DNA from: Candidatus Iainarchaeum sp.
GTDB lineage: Archaea; Iainarchaeota; Iainarchaeia; Iainarchaeales; CSSED10-239
Length of the DNA stretch: 13,820 bases
Direction of reading: 5' to 3'
NCBI GenBank assembly: GCA_028700905.1
Contig: JAQVRT010000017.1
Span: 1-13,820 of the forward strand
Shown: positions 13,160 through 13,820 of the stretch, one piece after another
How the letters are laid out: every line of letters starts with the position of its first letter
Position numbering within the stretch: position 1 is the first letter of the stretch
Program-made: the position numbers and the translations under genes
Notes under the pieces: model-generated
What the model saw: the letters and a program-made list of their open reading frames with translations, nothing else
Told to the model about the DNA's origin: nothing
The model's database searches: none

Positions 13160-13820
13160 TTATCTTTTAATATAATTATTAATTATACCATTTAAAAATT
13201 CTAATGTTTTTTTTGTTGTAAAATCATCTTTTTCTCCAAAATAACTATGAAGTGTTGAATGATTTCTTTCTTTAACAATATAATGTTCTGCATAAATATT
13301 ATTCTTAATAAGTTTTAAATAAAGATCTAAAGATTCAAGTTTTCCTATCCTTAAAATACTATTTTGTGCACTAAAAACAATCATTGGAGGAATATTTTTA
13401 GAGTCATTTATATAATTTATTGAGGAGGCTTTTTTTAAAACTTCATCATTTTCTCCAAAAGGAAACATTAAATATTTATTTATAATTTGACCATCAATAT
13501 CAAAATCTTTATACTTTAAAATATCATAACCAATTCCTTCAAGAAGAATTGTTCCTTTAATAACATTTAAATCTAAATCATTTTCTAGCAAATAAGATTC
13601 ATCAGTTGAAATTAAAGAAATAATTTGTGCTCCTGCAGAATGTCCTTGAATAAAAATTAAATCTTTATTACCATTATAATCTCCAATATTATCATAAACC
13701 CATTTAATGGAACTTGAAACATCTTTTACATATACAGGAAATTTAACTTCAGGAAAAACTCTATAATTAATTGTAACCAAAATAAAATTATTATCAGTAT
13801 AAAAAATACTTTTAAGCAAA
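13160..13820 (-). CDS. alpha/beta-hydrolase fold esterase/lipase-like protein (5'-partial; N-terminus beyond the window)
   Basis: The nucleophile elbow is GHSAGAQ (GxSxG). NYRVFPEVKFPVYVKD resembles the YRLAPE...D region of esterase/lipase (Abhydrolase_3-type) families. A candidate catalytic His is in ERNHSTL. The track's first codon is TTG at the window edge, so it is not a real start. Confidence 0.75.
   Translation of the reverse strand, partial: LLKSIFYTDNNFILVTINYRVFPEVKFPVYVKDVSSSIKWVYDNIGDYNGNKDLIFIQGHSAGAQIISLISTDESYLLENDLDLNVIKGTILLEGIGYDILKYKDFDIDGQIINKYLMFPFGENDEVLKKASSINYINDSKNIPPMIVFSAQNSILRIGKLESLDLYLKLIKNNIYAEHYIVKERNHSTLHSYFGEKDDFTTKKTLEFLNGIINNYIKR

Noticed and set aside
1-13820. 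Whole window as a mobile element, defence island or prophage fragment
   Set aside because: I saw no integrase, transposase, recombinase, terminal inverted repeats, tRNA attachment site, restriction-modification, toxin-antitoxin or Cas-like genes. Most genes are housekeeping (lysS, glmS, malic enzyme).

Overview
Very AT-rich, gene-dense prokaryotic window with short spacers, abutting or overlapping stops and starts, GGTG/GGAG-type Shine-Dalgarno motifs, TTTATAAA-type boxes and oligo-T tracts between genes. There are two strand blocks. The + block (1-4524) holds the 3' end of a C-terminally anchored surface-type protein, then a tightly coupled string: class II lysyl-tRNA synthetase, an untracked Zn-ribbon micro-ORF, a DHH/DHHA1 phosphoesterase and a SPOUT-type methyltransferase. 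The - block (4521-13820) holds a short-form malic enzyme, an ArsR-glutaredoxin pair, glmS, a CPBP intramembrane protease, a membrane-anchored thioredoxin-fold protein, desulfoferrodoxin, a 798-aa repeat protein and the 3' part of an alpha/beta hydrolase. I saw no rRNA, tRNA, CRISPR array, transposase or integrase. The gene content (superoxide reductase, Grx, Trx-fold, compact operons) suggests a streamlined anaerobe or microaerophile, possibly a DPANN-type archaeon or similarly reduced lineage. This cannot be settled without marker genes. Most of the window is housekeeping or redox defence. The most unusual element is the 798-aa protein, built almost entirely from about 65-70 in-phase 10-residue repeats, which I cannot assign to a named family. 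Secondary items are two small ORFs missing from the track, a sorting-signal-like C-terminus, a candidate ArsR operator plus a shared promoter 15-mer, and active-site deviations in the Trx-fold and CPBP proteins.
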